From positions 109,520 to 173,519 of the IMG/VR virus record IMGVR_UViG_3300021958_000023: a DNA stretch of 64,000 bases; one strand, given 5' to 3'. Source of the DNA: a virus. Taxonomy: Duplodnaviria > Caudoviricetes. This document shows, piece by piece, positions 63,989 to 64,000 of this stretch (its first letter is position 1; each line of letters starts with the position of its first letter). The translations under genes and the position numbers were made by a program. A model generated the notes under the pieces. The model was not told the DNA's origin. It saw nothing but the letters and a program-made list of their open reading frames with translations, and ran no database searches.

Positions 63989-64000
63989 CAATTAAGGATG

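Noticed and set aside
1-64000. Prophage/integrase, or stop-codon reassignment
   Set aside because: No integrase, att-like site or host genes are present; genes are full length in the standard code with high coding density.

Overview
This window is a ~64 kb AT-rich segment of a lytic T5-like siphophage (Demerecviridae-like organisation). The host is probably a marine or aquatic proteobacterium, but that is inference only. Bases 1-59.8 kb are almost all on the minus strand and hold the late/virion genes. These are a T5-like head and neck (TerS, TerL, nicking HNH, portal, fused prohead protease-major capsid ORF, head and tail completion, tail terminator), a tail tube, frameshifted tail chaperones, a tape measure and a lambda-type tail tip (gpL/K/I/J-like). 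A ~23 kb island lies between terS and terL and carries a 3775-aa repetitive fibre, several smaller fibres and three 2OG-Fe(II) oxygenases. A second tail-terminator paralogue and a sugar-modification block (PMM-type HAD, cytidylyltransferase, two methyltransferases) lie next to terS. The left end has small basic proteins and an operon of signal-peptide proteins, including pilin-like and chaperone-like members. After ~60.1 kb the genes switch to the plus strand. This looks like a T5-type pre-early/terminal-repeat region (HNH, HAD phosphatase, A2-like protein) with a repeated intergenic module: inverted IHF-like sites around CCGGGG, a TGT-N12-ACA box, an A-tract hairpin and a sigma70 promoter. 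The best leads are the exported fimbria-like operon, an anti-Shine-Dalgarno RNA switch between the tail-tube and chaperone genes, the sequon-rich giant fibre beside sugar genes, and the early-region modules. I saw no tRNA, rRNA, CRISPR array or integrase. All calls are by motif recognition, without database searches.
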